Assembly: GCA_016218805.1 (NCBI GenBank)
Contig: JACRCW010000169.1
Span: 62,001 to 103,268, forward strand
Origin: Deltaproteobacteria bacterium
Lineage (GTDB): Bacteria > Myxococcota > JACRCW01
Direction of reading: 5' to 3'
DNA length: 41,268 nucleotides
Positions 18,589 through 27,423 of the stretch are shown here, in pieces. Every line of letters begins with the position of its first letter. The stretch's first letter is position 1. The position numbers were made by a program, and so were the translations under genes. The notes under the pieces were generated by a model that was not told where the DNA came from, made no database searches, and was given only the letters and a program-made list of their open reading frames with translations.

Positions 18589-19383
18589 TCAAGTCAGATC
18601 GCTTGCCGCTTGGCGGACCGCCGCCGGGACGGTGTCCCGCGCTGACAGGTCACGCAACACCGCGCGCATCAGCTCAGCGTGGTTGGCGTACATGTTGTCC
18701 AACAGCTCCGCAGTGACCGGCACCGCGCACACCGTGCGGGCGTCATCCATGGCGCGCAATGCAGACGCGCGCTCCCGGTCCACCAGCAAGTACGCCGCGG
18801 TCGTCGTCAACCACGCGTGGTCCGTGGTCCGCGGGTCATCCACCTGGCCCTGCCACGCCACGCGCGCACCCGCGAACGACACCTCCAGCCCCGTCTCCTC
18901 CCGCAGCTCGCGCGCCAGCGTGTCGTGCGGGGCTTCCCCGTCGTCCGCCATGCCGCCGGGGATGGCCCACGGGTAGCGCTCCTGCCCGCCCACCACCACC
19001 GGCAGGGCGCGCTCAATGAGCACCGCGTGCAGCGCGCCCCCGTCCAGTAACAGCACCACCGGGTCCGCGGCGCGGTTCTCGCCCCAGCGCCCCAGTTTCC
19101 CGCGGCCGGCCAACCCCGTCCGCCCCATGGGATTCAGCGGCCGCCCCGCCCCGTCACGCGCCACGCCCGGTGGCAGCGCCACCCGCGTGACGTCTTCCGG
19201 GTCAGCCCAGCCGCCGGGTGTGCGCGTGCGGTCCATGGCCAGCACGCGCGCATCCACGTGGTAGGGCGGTGCGTAACCCGGGAGCGGGACCTCCCAGGGT
19301 TCGCAACCGGTAGGAACAACAAAGCGCTCCGGGTAGCCCGGTGCGCGCTCCGTGCGCGCCCGCGGATATCCGGCCGACGTCAC
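18589..19383 (-). CDS. Nudix hydrolase, NUDT9-like ADP-ribose pyrophosphatase
   Basis: WADP, PLNPMGRTGLAGRGKLGRWGEN.AADP, WAIPGGM; Nudix box G.....E.......RELREETGL; DDPRTTDHAW. Confidence 0.85.
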   Translation of the reverse strand: MTSAGYPRARTERAPGYPERFVVPTGCEPWEVPLPGYAPPYHVDARVLAMDRTRTPGGWADPEDVTRVALPPGVARDGAGRPLNPMGRTGLAGRGKLGRWGENRAADPVVLLLDGGALHAVLIERALPVVVGGQERYPWAIPGGMADDGEAPHDTLARELREETGLEVSFAGARVAWQGQVDDPRTTDHAWLTTTAAYLLVDRERASALRAMDDARTVCAVPVTAELLDNMYANHAELMRAVLRDLSARDTVPAAVRQAASDLT

Positions 19384-20447
19384 ACCTTCCCCTTCTGCTT
19401 GAGCTCGTAGACAAAGTTCAGCACCTCGGCCACGGCTTCATAGAGTTCTTCGGGGACTTCTTCGCCCAGGTCCAGCTTGTGCAGCGCCTGCGCCAGCGGG
19501 ACGTTGCGCAGGATGGGCACGTTGAACTGCCGGGCAATCTCTTTGATCTTCTCCGCGTTCTTGCGCATCCCCTTGGCCACCACCGTCGGGGCGCCGCCCT
19601 TCTCCGCGTCGTACTTGATCGCCACGGCCACGTGGGACGGGTTGGTGATGACGGCGTCCGCGTGGCGCACGTTCTCCTGGGACCCGTGCATGATGAGCTC
19701 TTCCGCCAGCGCTTTGCGCTGGTGCTTCATCTCCGGGTCGCCTTCGGACTGCTTGTACTCCTGCTTCACGTCGTACTTGCTCATCATGTTGTCCTTCTTG
19801 AACTGCCAGCGCTGGTAGAAGAAGTCCGCCATGGCCAGTACCAGGAATACCGCGGCAACCTTGACGGTCATCCGGTACATGATGTCCCCGGCCACCGTGA
19901 TGGAGTGATACAGCGGCATGCGGGACAGCATGACCACGTCACGCGCGCGGTCGTGGATGCTGTCGTAACAGAGGTAGCCAATGAGCCCGAACTTGATGAG
20001 CTGCTTGAGCAGCTCCACGAGCTTCTTCTTGGAGATCATCTGCTTGAGGCCGCTGATGGGATTGATCTTGGACAGCTGCGGCTTCAACGGCTCCACGGTG
20101 AACAGGAACCCCACCTGCATGTAGTTGCTGATGATGGCCATGATGACGGCGGTGCCCAGGATGGGCGCGGACTGCAGGAGGATGACGCGCGGCGCGTCCC
20201 ACGCCAGGTTGGCCGCGTGGCCAATGCTGGGCTTGGCCTCCGTGGCCAGTTGCAGGGCGCCGCGGACATAGTTCTGCAGGTTGGTGAGGGTGCCGCGGAA
20301 CGTGGCCGCCAGCACCAGGAACGTGGCCAGGAACATCATCCCGCCCACCGCATCCTGGCTCTTGGCCACCTGGCCCTTGTCCCGCGCCTGCTTCATGCGC
20401 TGGGGCGAAGCCTCCTCGGTCTTTTCCCCGGAACCGCCGTCTGACAT
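19380..20447 (-). CDS. Type III export apparatus switch protein, FlhB/SctU (YscU/EscU/HrcU) family
   Basis: EKTEEAS..R...AR.KGQVAKS, four TM segments, MSKYDVKQEYKQSEGDP, NPSH, LAQALH..E..PEELYEAVAEVL. Confidence 0.92.
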   Translation of the reverse strand: MSDGGSGEKTEEASPQRMKQARDKGQVAKSQDAVGGMMFLATFLVLAATFRGTLTNLQNYVRGALQLATEAKPSIGHAANLAWDAPRVILLQSAPILGTAVIMAIISNYMQVGFLFTVEPLKPQLSKINPISGLKQMISKKKLVELLKQLIKFGLIGYLCYDSIHDRARDVVMLSRMPLYHSITVAGDIMYRMTVKVAAVFLVLAMADFFYQRWQFKKDNMMSKYDVKQEYKQSEGDPEMKHQRKALAEELIMHGSQENVRHADAVITNPSHVAVAIKYDAEKGGAPTVVAKGMRKNAEKIKEIARQFNVPILRNVPLAQALHKLDLGEEVPEELYEAVAEVLNFVYELKQKGKV

Positions 20448-20542
20448 GGCGCGGCAGGGTACGGTTGTCGTCGATACACCGCAAGGGCGCGGCCGTGGGC
20501 GGTTTTGACACGTGCGCCGGGCGGCGGATATCGCCTCCGGGC

Positions 20543-21649
20543 ATGCTGCTGCCGCGCCTGCTCGCCCTGGGTCTGCTCACGGGGCTGCTGTTCCCCGGCA
20601 CGGCGCGCGCGCACAACCAGAGCACCGGGTTCAGCCGCGTCACCGTGGAGGGAAACAGCGTGCGGGTGTCCACCTGGCTGCTGGCCGCGGACTACCAGCA
20701 CCTGGTGGGCCTGGACCCGGACGAGAACGGCGTCATCACCCCGGACGAGGCCCGCCAGGGCGAAGCCGCCGTGGGCGTGTACCTGGGGCAGACGCTGCGC
20801 GTGTTCGCCACCGGGGAGGACGGGCGGCAGCGCGCGTGCACGCCGCGCTTTGACGGGCTGGACCTGGACGCGGCGGAAGGCCTCCCGCGCCGCTACCCCG
20901 CGCACCTGGCGTATGCCTGCCCGGTCACTCCCAAGCGCCTGGTGTTCCGCTTTGGCCTGTTTGCGGGCGCGCCGGTGCGCCACCAGCACCTGATGGTGTG
21001 CACCCTTGCTGACGGGCGGACCGAGGAGCTCCTGTTCACCCCGGAGCACTCCGAGCGCGTGCTGACCGGCGTGTCGCGTACGGGCTGGGAGGTGGCGCGG
21101 GACTTTGGGGCGCTGGGCGTGGAGCACATTGTCACCGGCTGGGACCACCTGCTGTTCCTGGTGGCGCTGCTGGTGGCTGCGCTGCGCTTCCGCGACGTGG
21201 TGGCGCTGGTCACCTCCTTCACGGTGGCGCACAGCATCACGCTGGCGGTGGCCGCGCTGGGCGTGTTCTCCCTGCCCGCGCGCGTGGTGGAGCCGGCCAT
21301 TGCCGCCTCCATTGTCTACCTGGCGCTGGATGACGCGCGCATGCTGGTGCGCGGGCGGGCGCCCGCGGTGCCGCGTGTCGCCGTGTCGTTCGCGTTCGGG
21401 CTGGTGCACGGGTTTGGCTTTGCGGCCGCGCTGGCGGAAACGGGGCTGCCGCGCACGCACCTGGTGGGCGCGTTGGCGTCGTTCAACGTCGGCGTGGAGT
21501 GCGGGCAGCTGGTGTTCTGCGCCGGCGTGTTCGCGCTGCTGCAGCGCGTCCGTCGGACGGCGGCCGGCGTCCGGGTGGGGCTGGGCATCAGCGTCGTCGC
21601 GGCGGCGCTGGGCGGGTACTGGCTGGTCCAACGCCTCTGGGGTACTTAG
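20543..21649 (+). CDS. HupE/UreJ_2 family membrane protein with periplasmic N-terminal domain
   Basis: Signal peptide ending ARAH; LGVEHI.TGWDHLLFL, SFTVAHSITL, FGLVHGFGFA, FNVGVE.GQ. Confidence 0.85.
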   Translation: MLLPRLLALGLLTGLLFPGTARAHNQSTGFSRVTVEGNSVRVSTWLLAADYQHLVGLDPDENGVITPDEARQGEAAVGVYLGQTLRVFATGEDGRQRACTPRFDGLDLDAAEGLPRRYPAHLAYACPVTPKRLVFRFGLFAGAPVRHQHLMVCTLADGRTEELLFTPEHSERVLTGVSRTGWEVARDFGALGVEHIVTGWDHLLFLVALLVAALRFRDVVALVTSFTVAHSITLAVAALGVFSLPARVVEPAIAASIVYLALDDARMLVRGRAPAVPRVAVSFAFGLVHGFGFAAALAETGLPRTHLVGALASFNVGVECGQLVFCAGVFALLQRVRRTAAGVRVGLGISVVAAALGGYWLVQRLWGT

Positions 21650-21677
21650 GTGGAAGACACGCAGAACGGAGGCGGCC

Positions 21678-22103
21678 ATGGCCACCCATCACGACGTGGA
21701 AAGCCACCTGGTGCGCATGGGGGTCAGTTTTGACTCAGTGGGGGAAGGTACCTGGGTCATCCACGCTGAGGAAGAGCACGTGGGCCAGATCGTGGTCCGT
21801 CATGACCCGCCCATCCTGGTATTCCGGTGCAAGATCATGGACCTGCCCCGTGCCGGGGATTCGGCCGGCCTGATGCGCAAGCTGTTGGAGCTCAACGCCA
21901 GCGGCATGCTGGGAGCGGCCTACGGGCTGGAGGGCCAGAGCGTTGTGGCCGTGGAGGTCATCCAGAGTGACAACCTGGATGCCAACGAGTTTGACGCCGC
22001 GGTGGACGGGATGATGCTCTCCATTGGTGAGCACATGCCGCTGTTGACGCAATACGTGGACCGCGGACCGGGCGCGCCGGCCGGGCGGCGCGGCAGCGCG
22101 TGA
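21678..22103 (+). CDS. CesT/YbjN-like (type III chaperone fold) protein
   Basis: GGAGG RBS; small acidic protein with LMRKLLELNA..M..AAYGL and NLD..EF. Confidence 0.7.
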   Translation: MATHHDVESHLVRMGVSFDSVGEGTWVIHAEEEHVGQIVVRHDPPILVFRCKIMDLPRAGDSAGLMRKLLELNASGMLGAAYGLEGQSVVAVEVIQSDNLDANEFDAAVDGMMLSIGEHMPLLTQYVDRGPGAPAGRRGSA

Positions 22104-22139
22104 GGCAGCACCGCAGAACCTTGGTGCCACCCCACCCGT

Positions 22140-22155
22140 TGGCATAGTGGAAGCA
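22140..22155 (+). promoter_or_regulatory. Possible sigma54 (-24/-12) promoter of pspA
   Basis: TGGCATAGTGGAAGCA has exact GG-N10-GC spacing, about 25 nt before the ATG. The -12 element is non-consensus (AAGC). Confidence 0.35.
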
Positions 22156-22178
22156 CACGCAGGCTGTTGGAGGAACGC

Positions 22179-22949
22179 ATGGGCATTTTTTCCCGGCTGG
22201 CAGCACTTCTCAAGAGCAACGTCAACGACCTCATCAACAAGGCCGAGGACCCGGAGAAGATGCTCACCCAGATGCTGCTGGACATGCAGTCCCAGCTGGT
22301 TGAGGCCAAGAAACAGGTGGCCGTGGCCATTGCCGACGAGAAGCGGCTGAAGAAGCAGCTGGACAATGAGCAGACCGCGGCGGCGGAGTGGGAGAAGAAG
22401 GCCATGCTGGCCGTCAAGGCCGGCAACGACAACCTGGCCCGCGAGGCGCTGATGCGCCAGCAGGAACACGCCAAGCTGGCCGAGGGCTACGTCACCCAGT
22501 GGGAGTCCCAGCGCCAGGCGGTGGAGCAGCTGAAGACCGCCCTGCAGTCCCTCAACGCCAAGATTGAGGAGGCCAAGCGCAAGAAGAACCTGCTGGTGGC
22601 GCGGGCCAAGCGCGCGGAGGCGCAGAAGACCATTGCGGAGACCATGCACGGGCTGCAGGACACCAGCGCGTTTGAGACCATGGCGCGCATGGAGGAGAAG
22701 ATCACGCAGCTGGAGGCGCACACGGAGGCCCACGCGGAGCTGGCCGCCGCCACCTCCGGTGACGCGCTGGAGCAGCAGTTCAAACAGCTGGGCGTGGCCA
22801 GCGCGGATGACGCGCTGGCACAGTTGAAGGAGAAGATGGGCCTGCTGGGGAGCGGCAGTTCCACGCCCCCACCGCAGCTGGGGCCCGGCAAGCCGCACAA
22901 GGATGAGCCCGAGCACGTTGAGGGCGAGATGGACAGCGGCAAGAAGTGA
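22179..22949 (+). CDS. pspA: PspA/IM30 family protein
   Basis: MGIFSRL..LLKSNVN..INKAEDPEKML, long coiled coil, FETMARMEEKI. Confidence 0.92.
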   Translation: MGIFSRLAALLKSNVNDLINKAEDPEKMLTQMLLDMQSQLVEAKKQVAVAIADEKRLKKQLDNEQTAAAEWEKKAMLAVKAGNDNLAREALMRQQEHAKLAEGYVTQWESQRQAVEQLKTALQSLNAKIEEAKRKKNLLVARAKRAEAQKTIAETMHGLQDTSAFETMARMEEKITQLEAHTEAHAELAAATSGDALEQQFKQLGVASADDALAQLKEKMGLLGSGSSTPPPQLGPGKPHKDEPEHVEGEMDSGKK

Positions 22950-23049
22950 GCGGCTGACAGCAGGCGCGTCATGCGGGCCGGCGCCGGCCGTGCCCTTCCC
23001 GGAAAAGCGCGCTAGCTTCACGGGGAATCGTCCCGACGGGGCGCGTCCC

Positions 23050-24261
23050 ATGGAACCCGGCGTCAACAACTCCGCACCTTCGCTGCTGCGCGTGGGACGC
23101 ACGGTGGGGGACTACGTCCTTTTGTCCGAGCTGGGCCGCGGCGGGTTCGGCGTGGTCTACGAGGCGGAGGACCAGCGCGACCGTGCGCGCGTGGCGCTCA
23201 AGACGCTGCGGGCGGACCTGTCCAGCCCCCAGGGCCAGCGCGCGCTCACCCGCTTCCTGCTGGAGGTGCGCGCCGCGCGGCAGATCCGGCACCCCAACGT
23301 GGTGCGCTACATTGACGCGGGACAGCTCACCGGTGAGGACGGCAGCATTCTCGCGTTCTACGCCATGGAACTGCTGGCCGGGGAGACGCTTGAGCAGCTG
23401 GTGCGCCGGTCCGGGCCCATGAAGCCCGTGGAGGCCGCCAGCGTCATCCGGCAGGCCGCCGTGGGGCTGTACACCGCGCACTGCCAGGGCATCATCCACC
23501 GTGACATCAAGCCCGGGAACATCATGCTCACGTCCCAGGGGCGTGCGGTGGTGACGGACTTTGGCGTCTGCAAGATCAAGGAGATGCACAACGTCACGGC
23601 GGCGGGCCAGGTGGTGGGGACCGCGCGCTACCTGGCTCCGGAGCAGTTCCTGGGCGCGCCGGTGGACGCGCGCAGTGACATCTTCGCGCTGGGCGCGCTG
23701 CTCTACTACCTGCTCACGGGCGAACACCTGCGCATTGCCAAGGACCTGGTGGTGCTGTCCCGCGTGGTGGCCCGCGGCGAGGACGTCAAGCGGGTGAAAG
23801 AGGCGGCGGGCATCCCGCAGGCGTTCCGGAGCGTGCTGGTGCGCGCCGTCGCCCGGGAGCCGTCTGACCGGTACAAGACCGCGCTGGACCTGGCGCACGC
23901 GCTGGAGGAGGCGTGCCTGTCCCGCGAGGTGCAGGCGCTGGCCAAGGCCCCCCCGCGCGCCGTCCCCCTGCAGCAGAAGGGCCCGCCGGTCCCACCGCCG
24001 GTGCCCGCCGTCACGCAGGACGGCGTGGACACCACCCTGCGCGAGGAGGCCTCGGCCGACGACGTGGATGACGTGGATGATGACGCGACGGAGGTGGCCG
24101 CGGCCGCAGCGGACGGGCACACGCCGTCCATTGAGATCTCCATCTCCATTTCGCAGGAGCTGCAGCGCGCGGCGCGGTCACGCTCACCGTGGATGATGGT
24201 GGGCGTGATGGTGCTGACGGCGGTGGCCGTGGCATGGCTGCTGGCCATGTGGGTGGAGTGA
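23050..24261 (+). CDS. Ser/Thr protein kinase with C-terminal membrane anchor
   Basis: GRGGFGVV, VALK, HRDIKPGN, DFG, YLAPE, DIFALG; terminal hydrophobic helix. Start chosen at MEPG. Confidence 0.9.
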   Translation: MEPGVNNSAPSLLRVGRTVGDYVLLSELGRGGFGVVYEAEDQRDRARVALKTLRADLSSPQGQRALTRFLLEVRAARQIRHPNVVRYIDAGQLTGEDGSILAFYAMELLAGETLEQLVRRSGPMKPVEAASVIRQAAVGLYTAHCQGIIHRDIKPGNIMLTSQGRAVVTDFGVCKIKEMHNVTAAGQVVGTARYLAPEQFLGAPVDARSDIFALGALLYYLLTGEHLRIAKDLVVLSRVVARGEDVKRVKEAAGIPQAFRSVLVRAVAREPSDRYKTALDLAHALEEACLSREVQALAKAPPRAVPLQQKGPPVPPPVPAVTQDGVDTTLREEASADDVDDVDDDATEVAAAAADGHTPSIEISISISQELQRAARSRSPWMMVGVMVLTAVAVAWLLAMWVE

Positions 24262-24280
24262 ACGGAATCCGGAGGTACGT

Positions 24281-25072
24281 TTGACGTCGAGCAACGGGCC
24301 CACGTCGGGCATGCTTTACCGTGACTACCTGCGCGCGCTGCGGCGGGTGCACGCGCGCTGGAAGGACCGTTACGAACTGGCCACGGTGGGCAACGCGCGC
24401 CACCGGCCGCGGCCCGTGCCGCTGGTGCGGGTGTCCACCCGCGGCCGGCGTGCCGGGGGCGTGATGCTGATGGCCGGCTTCCACGGCGAAGAGCCGGCCG
24501 GCCCCGTCTCCCTGCTGCACCACCTGCACCACCTGCTGGGGCGCGCGCTGGACCTGTCCGTGCCGCTGTGCATCTACCCCGTGGTCAACCCGCACGGGTT
24601 TGACCGCAACGTGCGCACCACCGTGGACGGCGCGTACACCAACGCCGGGTTCATCCATGACGTGGACCCCACGGGCCCGGAGGTGGCGCTCCTGCGCGCG
24701 GACATGGCGCGCTTCCGCCCCGCCGTGTTCCTGGACCTCCACGAAGACGACCGCGAGAACCGGTCCTACCTGTACGCGTTTGGTGACGAGGAACTGGCGG
24801 CGGGGCTGACCCGCACGCTGCACGCGTTCATCCCCGGCGTGGAGGGCGCGCTGGGTCATGACGCCACCCTGGTGGCGCGTGACGGCCAGATCCGTGACCA
24901 CCACGACGGCAGCGCCGAGGACTTCATGTCCCACGCGGGCACGTTGGGGTCGTTTGCGTCCGAGACGCCGACCAAGGTGCCGCTGCGCGTCCGGCTGGCC
25001 GCGGACCTCGCCGTGGTGGACCACGCCCTGGAATGGGTGGCGGCCCGCCGTCGGAGGAGGCACCGGGCTTGA
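24281..25072 (+). CDS. M14-family zinc peptidase / ASTE-ASPA-like deacylase
   Basis: GFHGEEPAG, NPHGF..N.R, DLHED, ETP; GGAGG RBS before the TTG start. Confidence 0.75.
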   Translation: MTSSNGPTSGMLYRDYLRALRRVHARWKDRYELATVGNARHRPRPVPLVRVSTRGRRAGGVMLMAGFHGEEPAGPVSLLHHLHHLLGRALDLSVPLCIYPVVNPHGFDRNVRTTVDGAYTNAGFIHDVDPTGPEVALLRADMARFRPAVFLDLHEDDRENRSYLYAFGDEELAAGLTRTLHAFIPGVEGALGHDATLVARDGQIRDHHDGSAEDFMSHAGTLGSFASETPTKVPLRVRLAADLAVVDHALEWVAARRRRRHRA

Positions 25073-25143
25073 CGCCCGCCTGCGCGTCTGGGAACACGCC
25101 GCGGTCTCCCGCTGGTTGCGGGACATTTGCGGAGGATGGACCC

Positions 25144-26994
25144 ATGAAGCGTGTTCTTGTCGGTGTGGGTGGCTTGGCATTGTGGGGCCTTGCCCTGGGC
25201 TCCGGGGCGTGCACGGGCGGCGGAACGGAAGGCTCATCCTCCTCCAGCAGCGGCGTGGTCCGGCCTGACGGCGGCACCAGCAGCGGCACCGCCTCCAGCA
25301 GCTCATCCAGCTCCACCTCCACCTCGGGTGGCTCCTCCGGTGCCAGCGGCGTGTCTTCCAGCAGCAGCAGCAGCACCTCCGGCGGCTCCTCCGGCACCAG
25401 CGGCGTGTCGTCCAGCAGCAGCAGCAGCAGCACCTCCGGCGGCTCCTCCGGCACCAGCGGTACCTCCGGGTCCTCCGGCGGCACCACGCCCACCAGCACC
25501 ACCATCACCCTCATCCAGACGGGCGGCACCATCACGGAGCTGACCTGTGTGCAGGTGGACGCCGTGGTGATGTCCGCGGTGTTTGATGACCGGGATGACA
25601 CCTTCAGCAGCGTGCCCCGCAAGGCCTTCTACGTGTCTGAGCGCGGCCTCACCACCACGGCGGCGCGCACCGGCATTGAGGTGGTGGTGTACTCGGACGT
25701 CACCACGCCCACCGTGAGCCCCGGAGACCTGGTCACCCTGGTGGGCGTGTACGAGGAGCACTTTGACAACTCCACGCTGCGCATCAAGACCAGCTGCGGG
25801 ACCGTGACGACGTCCGGCACTGCCGCCGTTCCCGCCGCCGCCGCCGTGGCCCTTGAGGCGGCCGGCATGACCGCCGGCGGCAGCGACGCCGGCTACACCG
25901 ACGCCACCACGGCGGAGGACTGGGAGGGCGTGCTGTTCAAGGTGGGGACGGGGACCGTGACGGCGGGCAAGGACACCTTTGGGCAGTTTGAGATTGGCAA
26001 CAACGGCAGCCTGCTGCTGGTGGGCGACACGCTGGGCGTCACGGTTTCCCCGCAGTTGGGCGCCACCATTGGCCCCAACGGCATCTCCGGGTTTGGCCAC
26101 TACAGCTTCAGCCGCCGCAAGATGCGCCCGCGGGACAACAACGACGTGGACGTGGTCAACCCCACGCGCAACTGCGGAGCCGCGCCCAAGTCCGACCACG
26201 TGCTCATCACCGAGGTGAAGCTGACCCCGACCGCCGCCGAATTTGTGGAGATCCACAACCCGACCAACGCCGCCGTGGACCTGACCAACTACTACCTCTA
26301 CAACGCGACCTACACGCCCACGGCGACGGGCACGCCCTGCCGCTACTACGACATCACCGGTGGCACGCAGTGCGGCACGGACAACAGCGACTTCAGCCTG
26401 CGCTTCCCGGCGGGCGCGTCGCTGGCACCCGGCGAGTACAAGATCATTGCGCTGACGGGCGCGGCCAACTTCTGCGCGCAGAACGGCGGTTGCACGGCGG
26501 GCGTGGCCAAGCCGGCCTTTGAAGTGCCCGCTGCCTCCACGTGCACCGCGCTGCCGGACGACACCGCGGTGACCAACATGCTGGGCCAGTGGGACGCGCG
26601 CGGCGAGATCTTCTGCCAGTACAACGGCACCGGGCCGTTTGGTTTCCTCACCAACGGCGGCGAAGACCTGGTGCTGTTCCAGTGGGACGGCGCCGCCGCG
26701 ACGGTGAAGGACGTGGATTACGTCATCTGGGGCACCGGCACCGGCACCCGCACGGACAAGACGGGCATCAGCACCTACGCACCGGACACCGCCGTGGCCA
26801 ACCAGGTGCCGGTGGCCAGCGGGGCGCACACCAACACGGAGAGCTTCCAGCGCTACTGCATGAATGAGGGCAGCGAGACGCAGACCTCCGGCAACGGGAT
26901 CACCGGCCACAACGAAACCAGTGAGAACCTGTCCACCACGTTCACCACCGGCGCGCCCACCCCGGCCGCCGCCACGGTGGGCGCCAACCCATAG
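25144..26994 (+). CDS. Lipoprotein with Ser/Gly linker, OB-fold-like region and lamin-tail domain
   Basis: GGAGG RBS, lipobox-like SGAC, Ser/Gly repeats, GDLVTLVG.YEEHF, AEDWEGVL, VLITEV....EFVEIHNPT...VDLTNYYL. Confidence 0.8.
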   Translation: MKRVLVGVGGLALWGLALGSGACTGGGTEGSSSSSSGVVRPDGGTSSGTASSSSSSSTSTSGGSSGASGVSSSSSSSTSGGSSGTSGVSSSSSSSSTSGGSSGTSGTSGSSGGTTPTSTTITLIQTGGTITELTCVQVDAVVMSAVFDDRDDTFSSVPRKAFYVSERGLTTTAARTGIEVVVYSDVTTPTVSPGDLVTLVGVYEEHFDNSTLRIKTSCGTVTTSGTAAVPAAAAVALEAAGMTAGGSDAGYTDATTAEDWEGVLFKVGTGTVTAGKDTFGQFEIGNNGSLLLVGDTLGVTVSPQLGATIGPNGISGFGHYSFSRRKMRPRDNNDVDVVNPTRNCGAAPKSDHVLITEVKLTPTAAEFVEIHNPTNAAVDLTNYYLYNATYTPTATGTPCRYYDITGGTQCGTDNSDFSLRFPAGASLAPGEYKIIALTGAANFCAQNGGCTAGVAKPAFEVPAASTCTALPDDTAVTNMLGQWDARGEIFCQYNGTGPFGFLTNGGEDLVLFQWDGAAATVKDVDYVIWGTGTGTRTDKTGISTYAPDTAVANQVPVASGAHTNTESFQRYCMNEGSETQTSGNGITGHNETSENLSTTFTTGAPTPAAATVGANP

Positions 26995-27130
26995 GCGGAA
27001 GGGATGCGGCCATCCGGAGCGCACGTTTGACGTCGTAGCGGCGAGCGCATCGCGGCGGCCACAGGTGCCGCCGCTACCAGGCGTTTTCCGTCACAGACTC
27101 GTCCAGCCGCGCAGGATGGGAAGCCACCGG

Positions 27131-27423
27131 CCGAGCAGGACACCAGCCGGCCCGGGCAGGACACTGGGGGGCCGAGCAGGACACCGGCAGGACCGAGCAG
27201 GACACCGGCAGGACCGAGCAGGACACCGGCGGACCCCGAGCAGGACACCGGCAGGACCGAGCAGGACACCGGCGGACCCCGAGCAGGACACCGGCAGGAC
27301 CGAGCAGGACACCGGCGGGCCCGAGCAGGACACCGGCGGGCCCGAGCAGGACACCGGCGGGCCCGAGCAGGACACCGGCAGGACCGAGCAGGACACCGGG
27401 GGGCCAGGCAGCGTGTCCTGCTC
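27131..27423. repeat. Tandem minisatellite: 13 units of 20-22 bp (core CCGAGCAGGACACC) plus one inverted core
   Basis: Units read directly at 27131-27404; reverse-complement core GTGTCCTGCTC at 27413-27423. Confidence 0.92.

Noticed and set aside
20543..21649. Hydrogenase/urease nickel-uptake locus
   Set aside because: No hydrogenase or urease genes in the window; this HupE/UreJ_2 type often occurs alone.
19380..22103. A type III secretion gene cluster (SctU plus CesT-like chaperone)
   Set aside because: The genes are on opposite strands and separated by HupE/UreJ. The chaperone-fold gene is better explained as a pspA partner, and no other T3SS genes are present.
25240..25480. AGC/TCC microsatellite-like tracts (also 10235-10335)
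   Set aside because: In-frame Ser/Gly linkers of lipoproteins with mixed codons, not phase-variation tracts.
27131..27404. CRISPR array
   Set aside because: Inter-core segments are 6-8 bp and recur; there are no unique spacers and no cas genes.
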